64,000 nucleotides of DNA from Promethearchaeota archaeon. GTDB lineage: Archaea > Asgardarchaeota > Lokiarchaeia > Sigyniarchaeales > SOKP01. Every line of letters starts with the position of its first letter. Within the stretch, counting starts at the first letter, position 1. The stretch covers positions 96,001-160,000 of the forward strand of contig JAUVNS010000011.1 of assembly GCA_030599585.1 (NCBI GenBank). Reading direction: 5' to 3'. The position numbers and the translations under genes are program-made. Below, one piece after another: positions 19,961-30,846 of this stretch. The notes beneath the pieces are model-generated. The model had not been told where the DNA came from and did no database searches. It saw only the letters and a list, made by a program, of their open reading frames with translations.

Positions 19961-21058
19961 TTAAAAGCACTTCCAATGAGGACTAAGATGTTCTTTCAAT
20001 TTAGGGATAACTTTATTACTTACATAATTTAAAACATCGCTACTGGATGCTCTAGGCTTTTCTTCTATTAGTTCATTCCCACTGTCATCAAGAACTTGTA
20101 GGCAATTATATACAGCTCTAGCTTGCTTATCAATCTCGTATCCTCCTTCTAAAGTAATTAAAATTCGATCATTAGCATATAGTCCAGCTATTTCTTTGAT
20201 TTTCTTCAAATAATTTGCAGGTCCTTGATACGTCCAACCCATATTAGTAAGCCTGTCCGTCCAGTGAGTATCAAATCCAGCAGATATTAGGAAAAATTCT
20301 GGTTTAAATTCTCGGCAAATGGGAGCTATTATTTCATTAAAAAAAATTATATTAACGTCATCAGAAGCTCTCGGAGGCATCGGAAAATTGATGATTTTTC
20401 CTTGCCCACCCTCATTCCCAATATCATTAATAAAACCAGTGCCGGGATAAAGTGTCCTACCATCCTGATGTGAGTCAAAAAAGACGACTTCACCGTTTTT
20501 GGAGCCATTGAAGAAAATATCCGACGTCCCATTTCCCGCGTGACAATCCCAATCTATTATAGCCACTCTTTTTAATCCCTTTTCTTTAAGAAGATATTCA
20601 GCAGCGATCGCTACATTGTTAAAAATGCAAAAACCCGCACATTTGTAAGAGTTTGAATGATGACCAGGAGGTCTTACTGAAGCGAAAGCATTTTTAATTT
20701 TTCCTTCAATAATTTCGTCAATACCATTTAAATTTCCACCAACACTAAAAAGTGATGCTTCATATGTCTTTGCCGATACAGATGTGTCCGTATCAAGCTG
20801 CTGAATATGTCCCGTAACTTTAGCCATCTCACTAACCTCTTTAACACTTTTAATTAAACTTTCTTGATGAACATATTTGATTTGATCTTCAGTAGCTTTT
20901 CTTGGCTGAATTAACATAAAATCTGGATTTTCCAATAATTTTTTCTCATTTAAGAAATCCATGATTCCAATAAGTCTTTCGTGACTCTCGACATGTGTAC
21001 CAATACGGTGGCTAAGATAAATATCATCATATATTAATCCAGTAGTCATTTTAACCAA
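19961..21058 (-). CDS. Zn-dependent histone deacetylase family protein
   Basis: HVESHERL, RPPGHH, GFCIFNNVA, DWDCHAGNGT, SAGFDTH, LEGGY. Confidence 0.93.
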   Translation of the reverse strand: MVKMTTGLIYDDIYLSHRIGTHVESHERLIGIMDFLNEKKLLENPDFMLIQPRKATEDQIKYVHQESLIKSVKEVSEMAKVTGHIQQLDTDTSVSAKTYEASLFSVGGNLNGIDEIIEGKIKNAFASVRPPGHHSNSYKCAGFCIFNNVAIAAEYLLKEKGLKRVAIIDWDCHAGNGTSDIFFNGSKNGEVVFFDSHQDGRTLYPGTGFINDIGNEGGQGKIINFPMPPRASDDVNIIFFNEIIAPICREFKPEFFLISAGFDTHWTDRLTNMGWTYQGPANYLKKIKEIAGLYANDRILITLEGGYEIDKQARAVYNCLQVLDDSGNELIEEKPRASSSDVLNYVSNKVIPKLKEHLSPHWKCF

Positions 21059-21264
21059 TTCACTGTTTTTTAAAAACTATTGAATAAAGAATTTTCGTTA
21101 TTCTTTAAAAAAGTTCCCTTTTATTTAGCTGAGGAAACCTTTAAGTTTTTTGTTAAAGAAAAAGGTATTTTTTAGTTTGGATTTAACATGTATACAATTT
21201 TTATGTTTTTATTTTTAGGAGAGCTAGAAATATATATAGGGAAAAAATAAGTTGTTTATGTAGA

Positions 21265-21777
21265 ATGGTTTATCGTATCAAAGTCATCATAATAGGAGAG
21301 GCAGGAGTAGGCAAGACTTCATTGGTAAAAAGATTTGTATCTGGTCATTTTACTCGAGATTATCGAACATCGATAGGTGCGAATTTATTTATTAAGGAAT
21401 TAAATTTAAATTCAAATAATACTGTCTCAATTCAGATTTGGGATATTGCTGGCCAAGAAAGATGGAAAAAAATGAGACATTTGTATTATAGAGGTGCTCA
21501 TGGTGCTTTGATTGTTGGAGATCTTACGAGGAAAAACACATTTGAACAATTAAAAGAGTTTTGGAATCAAGATATCAATAAATATTGTGAAGAAATTCCA
21601 AAGATTTTAGTTGTAAATAAGGTAGATATGGATTCTATTATTTCTAATAATGAAATTAAAAAATTAGCTCAGGCTATCAATGTAAAAGCAACAATTTTTA
21701 CATCTGCCAAAAATGGTCAAAATGTTGAAAAAGCATTTCATCAAATAGCTGAAGCGATTGTTACATCTAGAATATAG
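21265..21777 (+). CDS. Rab-like small GTPase
   Basis: GEAGVGKT, WDIAGQE, YYRGA, NKVD, SAK; no C-terminal Cys prenylation motif. Confidence 0.93.
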   Translation: MVYRIKVIIIGEAGVGKTSLVKRFVSGHFTRDYRTSIGANLFIKELNLNSNNTVSIQIWDIAGQERWKKMRHLYYRGAHGALIVGDLTRKNTFEQLKEFWNQDINKYCEEIPKILVVNKVDMDSIISNNEIKKLAQAINVKATIFTSAKNGQNVEKAFHQIAEAIVTSRI

Positions 21778-21806
21778 AATAAATATGTTAAATTACTCTA
21801 TAAGCG

Positions 21807-22799
21807 TTATACTTCAATAACGAGTTTTATAAATTTTCTTTGACTAGGATCGATATATTTTTCAAATGCTTGTTGAACATCTTGAAGAGGTACAATTTGA
21901 GAGATATATTTAATAGCATTTATTTTATCCTGAGAAAAAAAATCTATTGCACAAAAAATATCATCACGATCATGACCTAAAACACCCTTAATACTAACTT
22001 CCTTTGAATTCAATAGAAACATAGGAAATGAAATTTTTCCTTTAAAAACTCCCTCTAGGATAACATTCCCTCCTTTTTTTATTAAATCTATTGCCATTAA
22101 GATTGACTTTTGATTTCCTGCGCAATCAAAAATGTAAGTTGGTCTTCCATTTCTTTTTAAAAACTTTTTAATTTTTGCTGGATTTGGGGGAAAAGATTCA
22201 GTTGCCCCAAATTCTTTAGCTTTTTCTCTCAAAAATGCTTGTGGCTCAATTGCGATGATATAATTGGGAGTTTTTTCTATCAATAAATAACTTAAAAAAC
22301 ATAATCCAATATTTCCCGCTCCTATTATAATTATATTTTGGTTTTTAGTAATATTGGATAATTTTACTGCTCTACAGACATTAGCAAATGACTCAATCAT
22401 TACAGCTTCTTTAGTGGAAACAGATTTAGGTATTTTGAATAAATATTTTCTTGGAACTTTTACGAATTCAGCAAATCCTCCATCTTTAAAAATTCCCATA
22501 CCATCTAATTGTCCTTGAGCAATATCTAACGCAACATTTATTCCACAAACTTTATCTCCTAGTTTTATATCAGTAATATTAGAACCTATCTCTACAACTT
22601 CCCCTGTAAATTCATGGCCCATAATTATAGGTACTTGATACATCTTGAACTTATAATTAGTTATATCACTTCCGCAAATTCCACAGTAATGCGTTTTTAC
22701 GATTACATCCTCCTCTCCTGGAGAGGGTTTTGGATAATCCTCTCTATAATCGATTTTTTTTACATCAATAAATACAGCCGCTTTCATGAAATTCTTCAC
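21807..22799 (-). CDS. Zn-dependent medium-chain dehydrogenase (Tdh/sorbitol DH-like)
   Basis: CGICGSD, GHEFTG, GAGNIG; the 4-Cys structural Zn lobe is absent. Confidence 0.88.
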   Translation of the reverse strand: MKNFMKAAVFIDVKKIDYREDYPKPSPGEEDVIVKTHYCGICGSDITNYKFKMYQVPIIMGHEFTGEVVEIGSNITDIKLGDKVCGINVALDIAQGQLDGMGIFKDGGFAEFVKVPRKYLFKIPKSVSTKEAVMIESFANVCRAVKLSNITKNQNIIIIGAGNIGLCFLSYLLIEKTPNYIIAIEPQAFLREKAKEFGATESFPPNPAKIKKFLKRNGRPTYIFDCAGNQKSILMAIDLIKKGGNVILEGVFKGKISFPMFLLNSKEVSIKGVLGHDRDDIFCAIDFFSQDKINAIKYISQIVPLQDVQQAFEKYIDPSQRKFIKLVIEV

Positions 22800-22851
22800 T
22801 TCTTTAAAACTATAGAATTCTATAATTATTAATTCTAGATTGAGTATTAAA

Positions 22852-25038
22852 TTAATCTTTTAATAGTGTATCTGCTGTTGTAAATAAAGGTAATTCTTTT
22901 CTTTTTTTTGGTCTTCTTTTAATTAAATCTTCCCTTGAACTTAATTGATTTAGATTGGTATGGTTATGAATTTTTTTTTTGTAAACATTTGGATTTAATT
23001 CTCTTATGAATTGAGAAGGGTTTAACTCTCTTTGACCTTTGAAAACTTTAATACTTTTAGGAGATATTAAAAATAATCTATCCTTTGCTCGGGTAATTCC
23101 TACATAAAGCACTCTCCGTTCTTCCTCATATGCGGGAGTATTAATCTTAACCTTGCTCGAGGGAAATAAATTATCGGATAACATGGGAATGAACACAACT
23201 TTCCATTCCAATCCTTTTGCTCTATGAATTGTAGAAAGGGTCATTGGTGATTGGTTGTCTATAGATGATAAACCGACTTTTTTAGATTCAAAGCTGGCTT
23301 TGTTCAGTGTTATAGAATCTAAAAAAATAGAAATAGAATTAAAATTTTGGGAATATATATTAATTTGTTTTAGATCTTCTAAGCGATCTTGCCAATTATC
23401 ATATTGAATTTTTAAGTATTTTCTTAATTGATGAATTAATTTATTAATAACTTCATCTGGTTTGTTATATTTAATAGATATAAAAAATCTCTTTAAGTAA
23501 TCACAAATTTCTTCCCTTACAAGCTTGGAAATTTTCAATTTACTTAATAAAGAAGCGAGATTGTTATTTGAAATTAAATTTTCTAACGGGTTGTTTATAG
23601 CTGAGATCATATCGAAAATTTTGGAGGAAGTCTTTTTTCCAATGCCTTGAAACAAAGTAAGTATTCTTGACCAAGAAATCTCATCTTGCGGGTTTTGAAT
23701 AACGCGTAAATGGGCTAATAAATCTTTAACGTGAGCTCTTTCAAAGAAAGATACTCCTGATTGAACAATATAGGGGATTTTATACTTTTGTAATTCCAAT
23801 TCTATTCTTAAAGAATGATAACCAGCGCGGTACAAAACAGCTATATCGTCTAAATTATACTCTTCGAGTTTCAATTGATTTATCATATTAACTATGAATT
23901 CTGCTTGGTATCCATCAGACTCCGTTGAAACATGAATAGGTTTCATCCCATTCTTACGTGTAGTATGCATTTGTTTCTTATATTGAGATAAGTTATGTTT
24001 TATTGACTCATTAGCTAACTCTAAAATCTCAGGAACACTACGGTAATTGTTTGTTATAGCATACCTTTTGCAATCTTTATATTTTTTCTCAAAATTCAAT
24101 ATATTCTGAAAATTTGCGCCTCGAAACGCATATATACTTTGTGCATCATCACCAACAGCCATTACATTTCGTTCTGGATTTTGTTGTACGATTTTATAAA
24201 TAATTTTATCTTGGATATAGTTAGTATCTTGATACTCGTCAACCAAAACATATTTTATTTTTTTAGCTATTAACTTTGCAACAAATCTTTCATCTAATAA
24301 CCTATTCCAGAAAACTAATAAATCGTCGAAATCCACTAAGTTAGCTTCTGCTTTTTTAATACTATAGATTTTTAAAACATCTCGTAATTTCGCAAAGACG
24401 GCATCGCTGTCAAAAATTTTGTATTTCCATTGAATTACTTCGCGAATTGTCTTATTACAGTTGATAGAAAACGATAAAATAGATTTTGCCATTGAGGGTG
24501 TAGGAAATTTTTCTTCGAGATCTTTTGCATCTGCTTTATCAATTGATAACTTCATTAATCCTTTCGCATCAGTTTCATCCATAATTGTATAATTGGGTTT
24601 TAATCCGAGTGTTTCTGCATACATCCTCAAAAATCGGCTAGCAATAGAGTGGAAAGTACCAGCCCAAATACCCTTTGGTTTTTTTCCAAGTAAAATTTCT
24701 ACTCGTTTGAACATTTCTTTAGCGGCTTTATTCGTGAAAGTGACAAGCATTATTTCACTTGGTTTTACTCCAGACACTAAAAGTTTAGCAACAGAATAAA
24801 CGATAGTCCTCGTTTTTCCAGAACCAGCTCCTGCAATAACCAACATAGGCCCTTGAATGTTATTCACAATTTCTTGTTGTTCTTCGTTTAATTCTGTATT
24901 GAAATCAACTTGTTTGTATTCCTTGGTTCTTTCTGGCTCATCTTCATCATCTAGGGTTTCAACAAAGGCCTCATCGGAAAATTCAAAGACAAATTCTTCC
25001 ATTTTTCTGAATTTATTACTGCTGTTTGATAATTTCAT
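22852..25038 (-). CDS. UvrD/PcrA-family SF1A helicase
   Basis: AGAGSGKT, TFTNKAA, VDEYQDTN, VGDDAQSIYAFRGA, STIHRAKGLEW, EERRVLYVGITRAK. Confidence 0.95.
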   Translation of the reverse strand: MKLSNSSNKFRKMEEFVFEFSDEAFVETLDDEDEPERTKEYKQVDFNTELNEEQQEIVNNIQGPMLVIAGAGSGKTRTIVYSVAKLLVSGVKPSEIMLVTFTNKAAKEMFKRVEILLGKKPKGIWAGTFHSIASRFLRMYAETLGLKPNYTIMDETDAKGLMKLSIDKADAKDLEEKFPTPSMAKSILSFSINCNKTIREVIQWKYKIFDSDAVFAKLRDVLKIYSIKKAEANLVDFDDLLVFWNRLLDERFVAKLIAKKIKYVLVDEYQDTNYIQDKIIYKIVQQNPERNVMAVGDDAQSIYAFRGANFQNILNFEKKYKDCKRYAITNNYRSVPEILELANESIKHNLSQYKKQMHTTRKNGMKPIHVSTESDGYQAEFIVNMINQLKLEEYNLDDIAVLYRAGYHSLRIELELQKYKIPYIVQSGVSFFERAHVKDLLAHLRVIQNPQDEISWSRILTLFQGIGKKTSSKIFDMISAINNPLENLISNNNLASLLSKLKISKLVREEICDYLKRFFISIKYNKPDEVINKLIHQLRKYLKIQYDNWQDRLEDLKQINIYSQNFNSISIFLDSITLNKASFESKKVGLSSIDNQSPMTLSTIHRAKGLEWKVVFIPMLSDNLFPSSKVKINTPAYEEERRVLYVGITRAKDRLFLISPKSIKVFKGQRELNPSQFIRELNPNVYKKKIHNHTNLNQLSSREDLIKRRPKKRKELPLFTTADTLLKD

Positions 25039-25097
25039 CCTTACAAAACAATTTAGTTTTTATTGAATTTAAAAAAGAATTAATAAATTGAGAAGAA

Positions 25098-27218
25098 TTA
25101 ATCGTCCTTATTAGTAAATTTAATTGTGTTATTCCTTGGTTCATAAAGAGTGCCTTCCTTAACCAGTTCTTCCAAAGCATCCCTAATCCATTTTTGATCT
25201 AAATCTTCTTCAAGCTCAAGAATTTGAATAACATTTTTTTTTTCTAAAGATTTCCAATTATTATCTTCAAAGATTTCCTTTAATCTGGTAAGCATTTTAT
25301 CAAGCTTAGTGATAGAGCTTCGAGATTGGCCAACTAAAATCCGATCCATATCAATCTTTCCCGTGCTTTCGTCGTAACCTGTGTCTTTTAAATACCTCTT
25401 AAATAATTTGATAATTTCTTCAACATCACTTTTAATGACTTTTTCCCTAAGTGCCATTTTTGCATAAGCTTCGCTTAATCGCACGAGAGCATCAAGATTT
25501 CTTGCTAAAATCGAAACAATCGCATCTTCACTATCGTATTGACCTCGTAGTTGTAAATAGAAAGCTTTAATTTTTTCTTTTGCTTCTTCAGTCAATACAG
25601 GAAAACATTTCCTTCTAGCATATTTAATATATTTTTTTAAAAGTTCTTCGTCAATAGGAGCTAATTTACTAGATTTAGTTTTTTCTTTCGGTCCTTCCAT
25701 TGAATTTTGTAATATAAACTCAGCCATTTGTGCATCATTAGCGGGATCTGGTTTGTCCGTAACTATAAATATTAAATCGAAACGGGATAATAGTGAAGGT
25801 GGAAGATTGATATTTTGTGTAGGTGTTTTATAGCGATCATACCTTCCAGTGCGAGGATTTGCTGCCGCTATGATTGCTGTCTGAGCTTTTAAAGTAGCTA
25901 CAATTCCTGCTTTAGCAATACTAACAGTTTGTTGCTCCATTGCTTCGTGAAGAGCGGAACGATCGGATGTGTCCATTTTGTCAAACTCGTCAATAGCAGC
26001 AACCCCACCATTAGCCAGAATAATGGCCCCCGCCTCAAGGTTCATTTGGCCGGTCTCATTGTCTTTAATAACCGCAGCAGTTAAACCTACTGCCGTTGAA
26101 CCTTTCCCTGATGTATACAAACCGCGAGGTGAAATGTCAATTGCGCTTTTTAGAATCTCTGATTTACCCGTACCTGGATCCCCCACAAATAAAATATGTA
26201 TATCTCCTCGTTTAAATCCTCCCCCGGGTCGTGGTTTTCTAGTACCCCCGAATAAACTTAATGCTGTCGCCATTTTCAAATCGTCTCTTCCATAGATAAC
26301 AGGGGATATAGACCTTGCTATTTTCTTTTGTATCATGGGTTCTTTTGATAATCTTTCAATCTCTTCTTTATCTTTTTTAGATAATTCAATAAGTCCTTCT
26401 GCCTTGTCTTCTGGATCGATGTAATTGACATCTATAAAAGTTTTGAAGAGTGTGCTATTCATGCTTTTAGTAGATTGCGCTAAAACTGATTTAAATGTCC
26501 CCATTAAAGTAACTCTATCGCCAGGCTTTACAGTATCTACTAAATCGTATGTTAATATTGCTTGAATCGCTCTAGGTATTCTACCAGGTGGCAGATCTTC
26601 TGGTATTTCTTGGATCATGACGCTCTGCCAATCTATAAATTCAGAATTTTTAGAAATAAGCCTGAAATCTGATTGAGATTTTGCTTTGCAGCGCGTATTA
26701 GAACAAAATTTAGGCCATTTTATTCTAGATGTAAGTTGTAAAACTTCAAATTTAGCACCACATGTCATACATTCGAACTCTGCTTTAATTAATTTTGGTC
26801 TTATCGTTGAACTCCTCACTAAAATTCCATTAGTCCACACCAAACGATCAATGTTTTTTGCCCTTAAACCTCTTAAAGTTATAAATAGGGGACTCTTTTC
26901 GTCTTTGGTTGTTATCCTAACGAAGTAATCTTGATTACTTAGACTACCACCTTGAAATTTCAGGATGTTCTTGAAAGCATCAATAGCATCTTCTAAAAGG
27001 GAACTAGGATCTTTTCTTAAAAGCTCAGCAATTTTAGAATCAAATGCTAATAAATCTTCGTAGGAAATAATTAAAATGTTGCCACTTTTTGAAATAACAT
27101 CATTAATCAAGTCTAAATATTTATATACTCCGGGTATTTCTTCAAATAATCTAAAAAATTCTTCAAAATGCTGAATTTTGTGAATAGGTACACTAGGGTT
27201 GGACATTGGCGTTGTCAA
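25098..27218 (-). CDS. mcm: MCM replicative helicase
   Basis: Zn finger, GDPGTGKS, IDEFDKM, SRFD arginine finger, C-terminal wH; TTG start after a GGTGA RBS. Confidence 0.97.
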   Translation of the reverse strand: MTTPMSNPSVPIHKIQHFEEFFRLFEEIPGVYKYLDLINDVISKSGNILIISYEDLLAFDSKIAELLRKDPSSLLEDAIDAFKNILKFQGGSLSNQDYFVRITTKDEKSPLFITLRGLRAKNIDRLVWTNGILVRSSTIRPKLIKAEFECMTCGAKFEVLQLTSRIKWPKFCSNTRCKAKSQSDFRLISKNSEFIDWQSVMIQEIPEDLPPGRIPRAIQAILTYDLVDTVKPGDRVTLMGTFKSVLAQSTKSMNSTLFKTFIDVNYIDPEDKAEGLIELSKKDKEEIERLSKEPMIQKKIARSISPVIYGRDDLKMATALSLFGGTRKPRPGGGFKRGDIHILFVGDPGTGKSEILKSAIDISPRGLYTSGKGSTAVGLTAAVIKDNETGQMNLEAGAIILANGGVAAIDEFDKMDTSDRSALHEAMEQQTVSIAKAGIVATLKAQTAIIAAANPRTGRYDRYKTPTQNINLPPSLLSRFDLIFIVTDKPDPANDAQMAEFILQNSMEGPKEKTKSSKLAPIDEELLKKYIKYARRKCFPVLTEEAKEKIKAFYLQLRGQYDSEDAIVSILARNLDALVRLSEAYAKMALREKVIKSDVEEIIKLFKRYLKDTGYDESTGKIDMDRILVGQSRSSITKLDKMLTRLKEIFEDNNWKSLEKKNVIQILELEEDLDQKWIRDALEELVKEGTLYEPRNNTIKFTNKDD

Positions 27219-27397
27219 ACGAGATCACCTTTATTATAACATTGATATACCCAAATTATTTTTGGTGATATTTTAATCCAATATATTAACGATTTAAGCT
27301 TATTAAGCAGTAAATAAAATTTGTCGGAAAAAAATAATAAGAGATAATTAGTTTAGTGAAATACTCCACAGAAATATCGACAAAATCTTGGTTTTTT

Positions 27398-30300
27398 TTA
27401 ACCTTCTCTTAATTTATTTAGGATTTCGCAAATAATTTTATCTTGCGACATTTCACATCTAATTTTAAGCAATGCTATTACCCTCTTTTTTATTTTATCA
27501 TCTGCATATCTAACTGTTCGCCCCAATATAATTGCTATTGATTGTTGTGTTTCTATGGTGGATTCATCACTTAAATTTTTTAATAATTTCGAGAGCATTT
27601 TAGTTATACCCATTTCTTGGATGATTTTAACCATTACATCTACGGTTGTTGCTCTAACATCTTCTACTTCGTCTCCTAACAATGATATAATATTCTGAAA
27701 AACTCTATCTATCTCTAAAAAGCTATAAATATTTAATAAATTAGCAGCTCCTTCTCTAACCTTAGGGTCCTCGTTCGATAAATTTTCTAAAACTTTTACA
27801 AAGGGGATTTCAGATTCGGAAATTTCTTTAATTGAAGAAAGAATTTTCATAGATGATCGTCGGACCCAACTCTTATCGTCATCCATTAGACTTACTAAAT
27901 TCTTTATTATTACTTCCTTGTCTTCAATAAAAGGGATTAATTTTCCTAAACTTGCAACTGTAGCATCACGTACGATCCATTCTTCGTCAATTAAAGCCTG
28001 ATTAATTAAAGTATTAGCAGTAGCCACAGGCATGGTTTTTCCAATATATCCTAAAATTTCCACACTTGTTTCTCTAATGAATGAATCGGAATCTGATAAG
28101 TATTCTAAAACGAGAGGAACTGGAATGATATCCGGTATGCTTTTTGATATTTCCAATATAGATTTAGTTAAAACAATTCTAACAGATAATTCTTGTTCAG
28201 GGAGAAATCGTAATAATTCTGCTATTACAGATTTTAATGCTAGGGGTTTTGTTTTTGAAATTTTTGAAATAAAGTGAGCAGTTTCTTTCTTTAGAACAAT
28301 CTCATTTTCACTTTTAATTATTCCTAGTATTGAATTGAGGGCTATTAAATCAATGAAATCGTCTATTAACCCATCCAGCGAAGAGATAATATTAATTTTT
28401 GTATCAAGATCTTCCGAATTCAACTGATCAATTAGTTTTGGGATTATTTCATTAGGATATTTCTTGCATATCTTAATAATCGTTTGGGAAATAATACCTT
28501 TAGATATAAATTTTGTTTCATCTTTGATTCTGATTAATTTATCTAAAATTAGAGTTGGGTTTTTCTTAAAATTCTTAACTATAATATCTGAAATTACTTT
28601 TTTTAACTCGGGATTGTTGAATTTTATGAATATTAATAAAGTTGTTAATATCTTTTCGGGATTACTTTGCCATATTATCCCTAATAGAGAAACAATACTA
28701 TTTAACGAATCTAAATTTTCAGTATCAATTTGACTAATAATTTTTTCTAGATCGATGGACTTTGGTTCTTCAGCATAATATTTTTCTAAAGCTAAGACTG
28801 ATGATTTCCTTACTTTTTCATCTGAATATAGTAACCCTTCATAGAAAGATGAGATAGGAATAGAATTTTTTTTAAAGTTCCCTATTTTAGAAAGCACATC
28901 AAATATAGAAGCACGTACCTTACTATTAGTATCGTGCATCAAGGGAATTAATGTTTTAACAATATTGGAATCAAGTTTTTCTATATTCAGATTTTTCAAG
29001 TTTCGAATTGCCGCTGCTCTAATGTTTTGATTAGGGTGATGAATTTTATTTAGTAAGATTTCAGGTTTTACGCTCAATTTTGTCTCTGATAGCAGATTTA
29101 AAATTTCAATTTGAATGAGACTATTTGGATCGTTTAGTAGTTTCATTAAATTTATATCTTGAACTGAATCTTTTCCAATCTCTATTAATTTGGTTAACAT
29201 TTTTAACCCTATCAGTTTCATCCTCCACTCAGAATCGGATATTAAGTTTTTTATGATTTTTGTAGGGATTTTTTTTATTAACGAGTCTTCACCGTGAAGA
29301 ATTAATTCAGCAATAGGGATGCTTTTATCATAATTCGGTGATTCGAGAGCTTCTTCGATCCATGGTATAATTACCTCAGAGGCATCTTTCTCTAGTTTTT
29401 TTAATATTTGAATAGAAATTCTTCTTGAATTCGGATTTGAATCGCAGACTGCATCCAATAAAGAATTTTTATACTCCCAATCGCCCAAAGAAATTTCTGA
29501 TTTTAAAGGAATTCGCTCGAACATCATTAATAGGGTCTTCTCGGCGTGATCCCTAAGTATGGGATCAGAGCTTTTTATGAAATTAAATAAAGGTATAGCA
29601 TCAAATGTTTGACCGTATTCTATAATCTTAGAATATTTAAGATTTTTCTTAAATGTATTAGTTTTTGATATGAGATAATAAGTAGTAAATGTAAGCATAA
29701 AAATTTCTTCTATTATAGCTGCCCAAGCAAACATAACAGAATTAGGAATAAGTTCCGCTGAAAGAATCCAATAATTAAAAGTTTCCGTTAATTTATCTAT
29801 GTTAACTATTAAGAAATTTACTAACACATTAATTCCAATAGCTGCCATTAAATATGCGGCGAAATAAATATCGATGCCACGATATTTAATTTTACGCCCC
29901 CAAAATCGTGTAAAATAGCCTATAATGCCAAATAAAAGAGTTACAAAAACAAAATAAGAAGTCATCGTAGAAAATGCAAGTGATCCTGAAAAAAAATAAA
30001 TTATTGTCTGAATTAATGAAATCCATGCCCATATAAACACGAATATCATTAAACCTAACATAATGTATGGTTTTGGATTTGAAATAAATTGTTTCATGCC
30101 TCTTTTACTATCTTCAAAATTTAAAAATATGGACCTTTTAATGTCAGGAATGTGATAGTATTCGTTGGAAATCCCTGCAATGTAGCCCTTAGATCCATAA
30201 AAAGTAAGAATCATTAAAGGGTAAACAAGTAACCATGAAATCCATATCATTAAAAATGGCAAGCCTGTAAAAGACAGCAATAAAGGAGGTATGATAAATA

Positions 30301-30754
30301 AAAAATATAAGAGAACTGCCATTAACACAGAAATTATCTTACTTTTAGAAAAATTGATAATTTTATTACTAATAAATTTGTGAAACGGAGTGAGCCCTTC
30401 ATCTAATTCAGAACTTAAAGCAATGAAAAGGAAATCAATCAACGGATAGAGCGATATATATCCAATGCAAAAAACAAAAGGAATTAACAACGCAAGAGGG
30501 TTGATATTGGGGGGAGTTAAAGGGCTATTTTGCCAAAAATCGGGAGTTTTTACGGCAAAAATGAATGCCATCGCAATAACGATCATCACGCCTGCGCCGA
30601 AGATAAGCCCATATACTAAACACTGAAGGCGATCTCTAAGATTAAATTCTCCTTTTTTGACCAAAGCTACTTGTTTATAGATTATGAAGAATCCAACTGC
30701 GAATAACAATAAAAAAATTATAAAAAGAATAAGTTCAATAAGCAAATTATTCAC
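27398..30754 (-). CDS. Multi-pass membrane protein with a long HEAT-repeat solenoid
   Basis: About 360 aa with many TM helices, then about 750 aa of L.D....VR..A...L repeats. Confidence 0.85.
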   Translation of the reverse strand: MNNLLIELILFIIFLLLFAVGFFIIYKQVALVKKGEFNLRDRLQCLVYGLIFGAGVMIVIAMAFIFAVKTPDFWQNSPLTPPNINPLALLIPFVFCIGYISLYPLIDFLFIALSSELDEGLTPFHKFISNKIINFSKSKIISVLMAVLLYFLFIIPPLLLSFTGLPFLMIWISWLLVYPLMILTFYGSKGYIAGISNEYYHIPDIKRSIFLNFEDSKRGMKQFISNPKPYIMLGLMIFVFIWAWISLIQTIIYFFSGSLAFSTMTSYFVFVTLLFGIIGYFTRFWGRKIKYRGIDIYFAAYLMAAIGINVLVNFLIVNIDKLTETFNYWILSAELIPNSVMFAWAAIIEEIFMLTFTTYYLISKTNTFKKNLKYSKIIEYGQTFDAIPLFNFIKSSDPILRDHAEKTLLMMFERIPLKSEISLGDWEYKNSLLDAVCDSNPNSRRISIQILKKLEKDASEVIIPWIEEALESPNYDKSIPIAELILHGEDSLIKKIPTKIIKNLISDSEWRMKLIGLKMLTKLIEIGKDSVQDINLMKLLNDPNSLIQIEILNLLSETKLSVKPEILLNKIHHPNQNIRAAAIRNLKNLNIEKLDSNIVKTLIPLMHDTNSKVRASIFDVLSKIGNFKKNSIPISSFYEGLLYSDEKVRKSSVLALEKYYAEEPKSIDLEKIISQIDTENLDSLNSIVSLLGIIWQSNPEKILTTLLIFIKFNNPELKKVISDIIVKNFKKNPTLILDKLIRIKDETKFISKGIISQTIIKICKKYPNEIIPKLIDQLNSEDLDTKINIISSLDGLIDDFIDLIALNSILGIIKSENEIVLKKETAHFISKISKTKPLALKSVIAELLRFLPEQELSVRIVLTKSILEISKSIPDIIPVPLVLEYLSDSDSFIRETSVEILGYIGKTMPVATANTLINQALIDEEWIVRDATVASLGKLIPFIEDKEVIIKNLVSLMDDDKSWVRRSSMKILSSIKEISESEIPFVKVLENLSNEDPKVREGAANLLNIYSFLEIDRVFQNIISLLGDEVEDVRATTVDVMVKIIQEMGITKMLSKLLKNLSDESTIETQQSIAIILGRTVRYADDKIKKRVIALLKIRCEMSQDKIICEILNKLREG

Positions 30755-30846
30755 GATATTTTTTGAAATATTAATATTTTAATACATTTATATTTCTGTA
30801 GCTTAAGATAAATTTAGTATAATAAAGAATTGAATATTATTAAATA

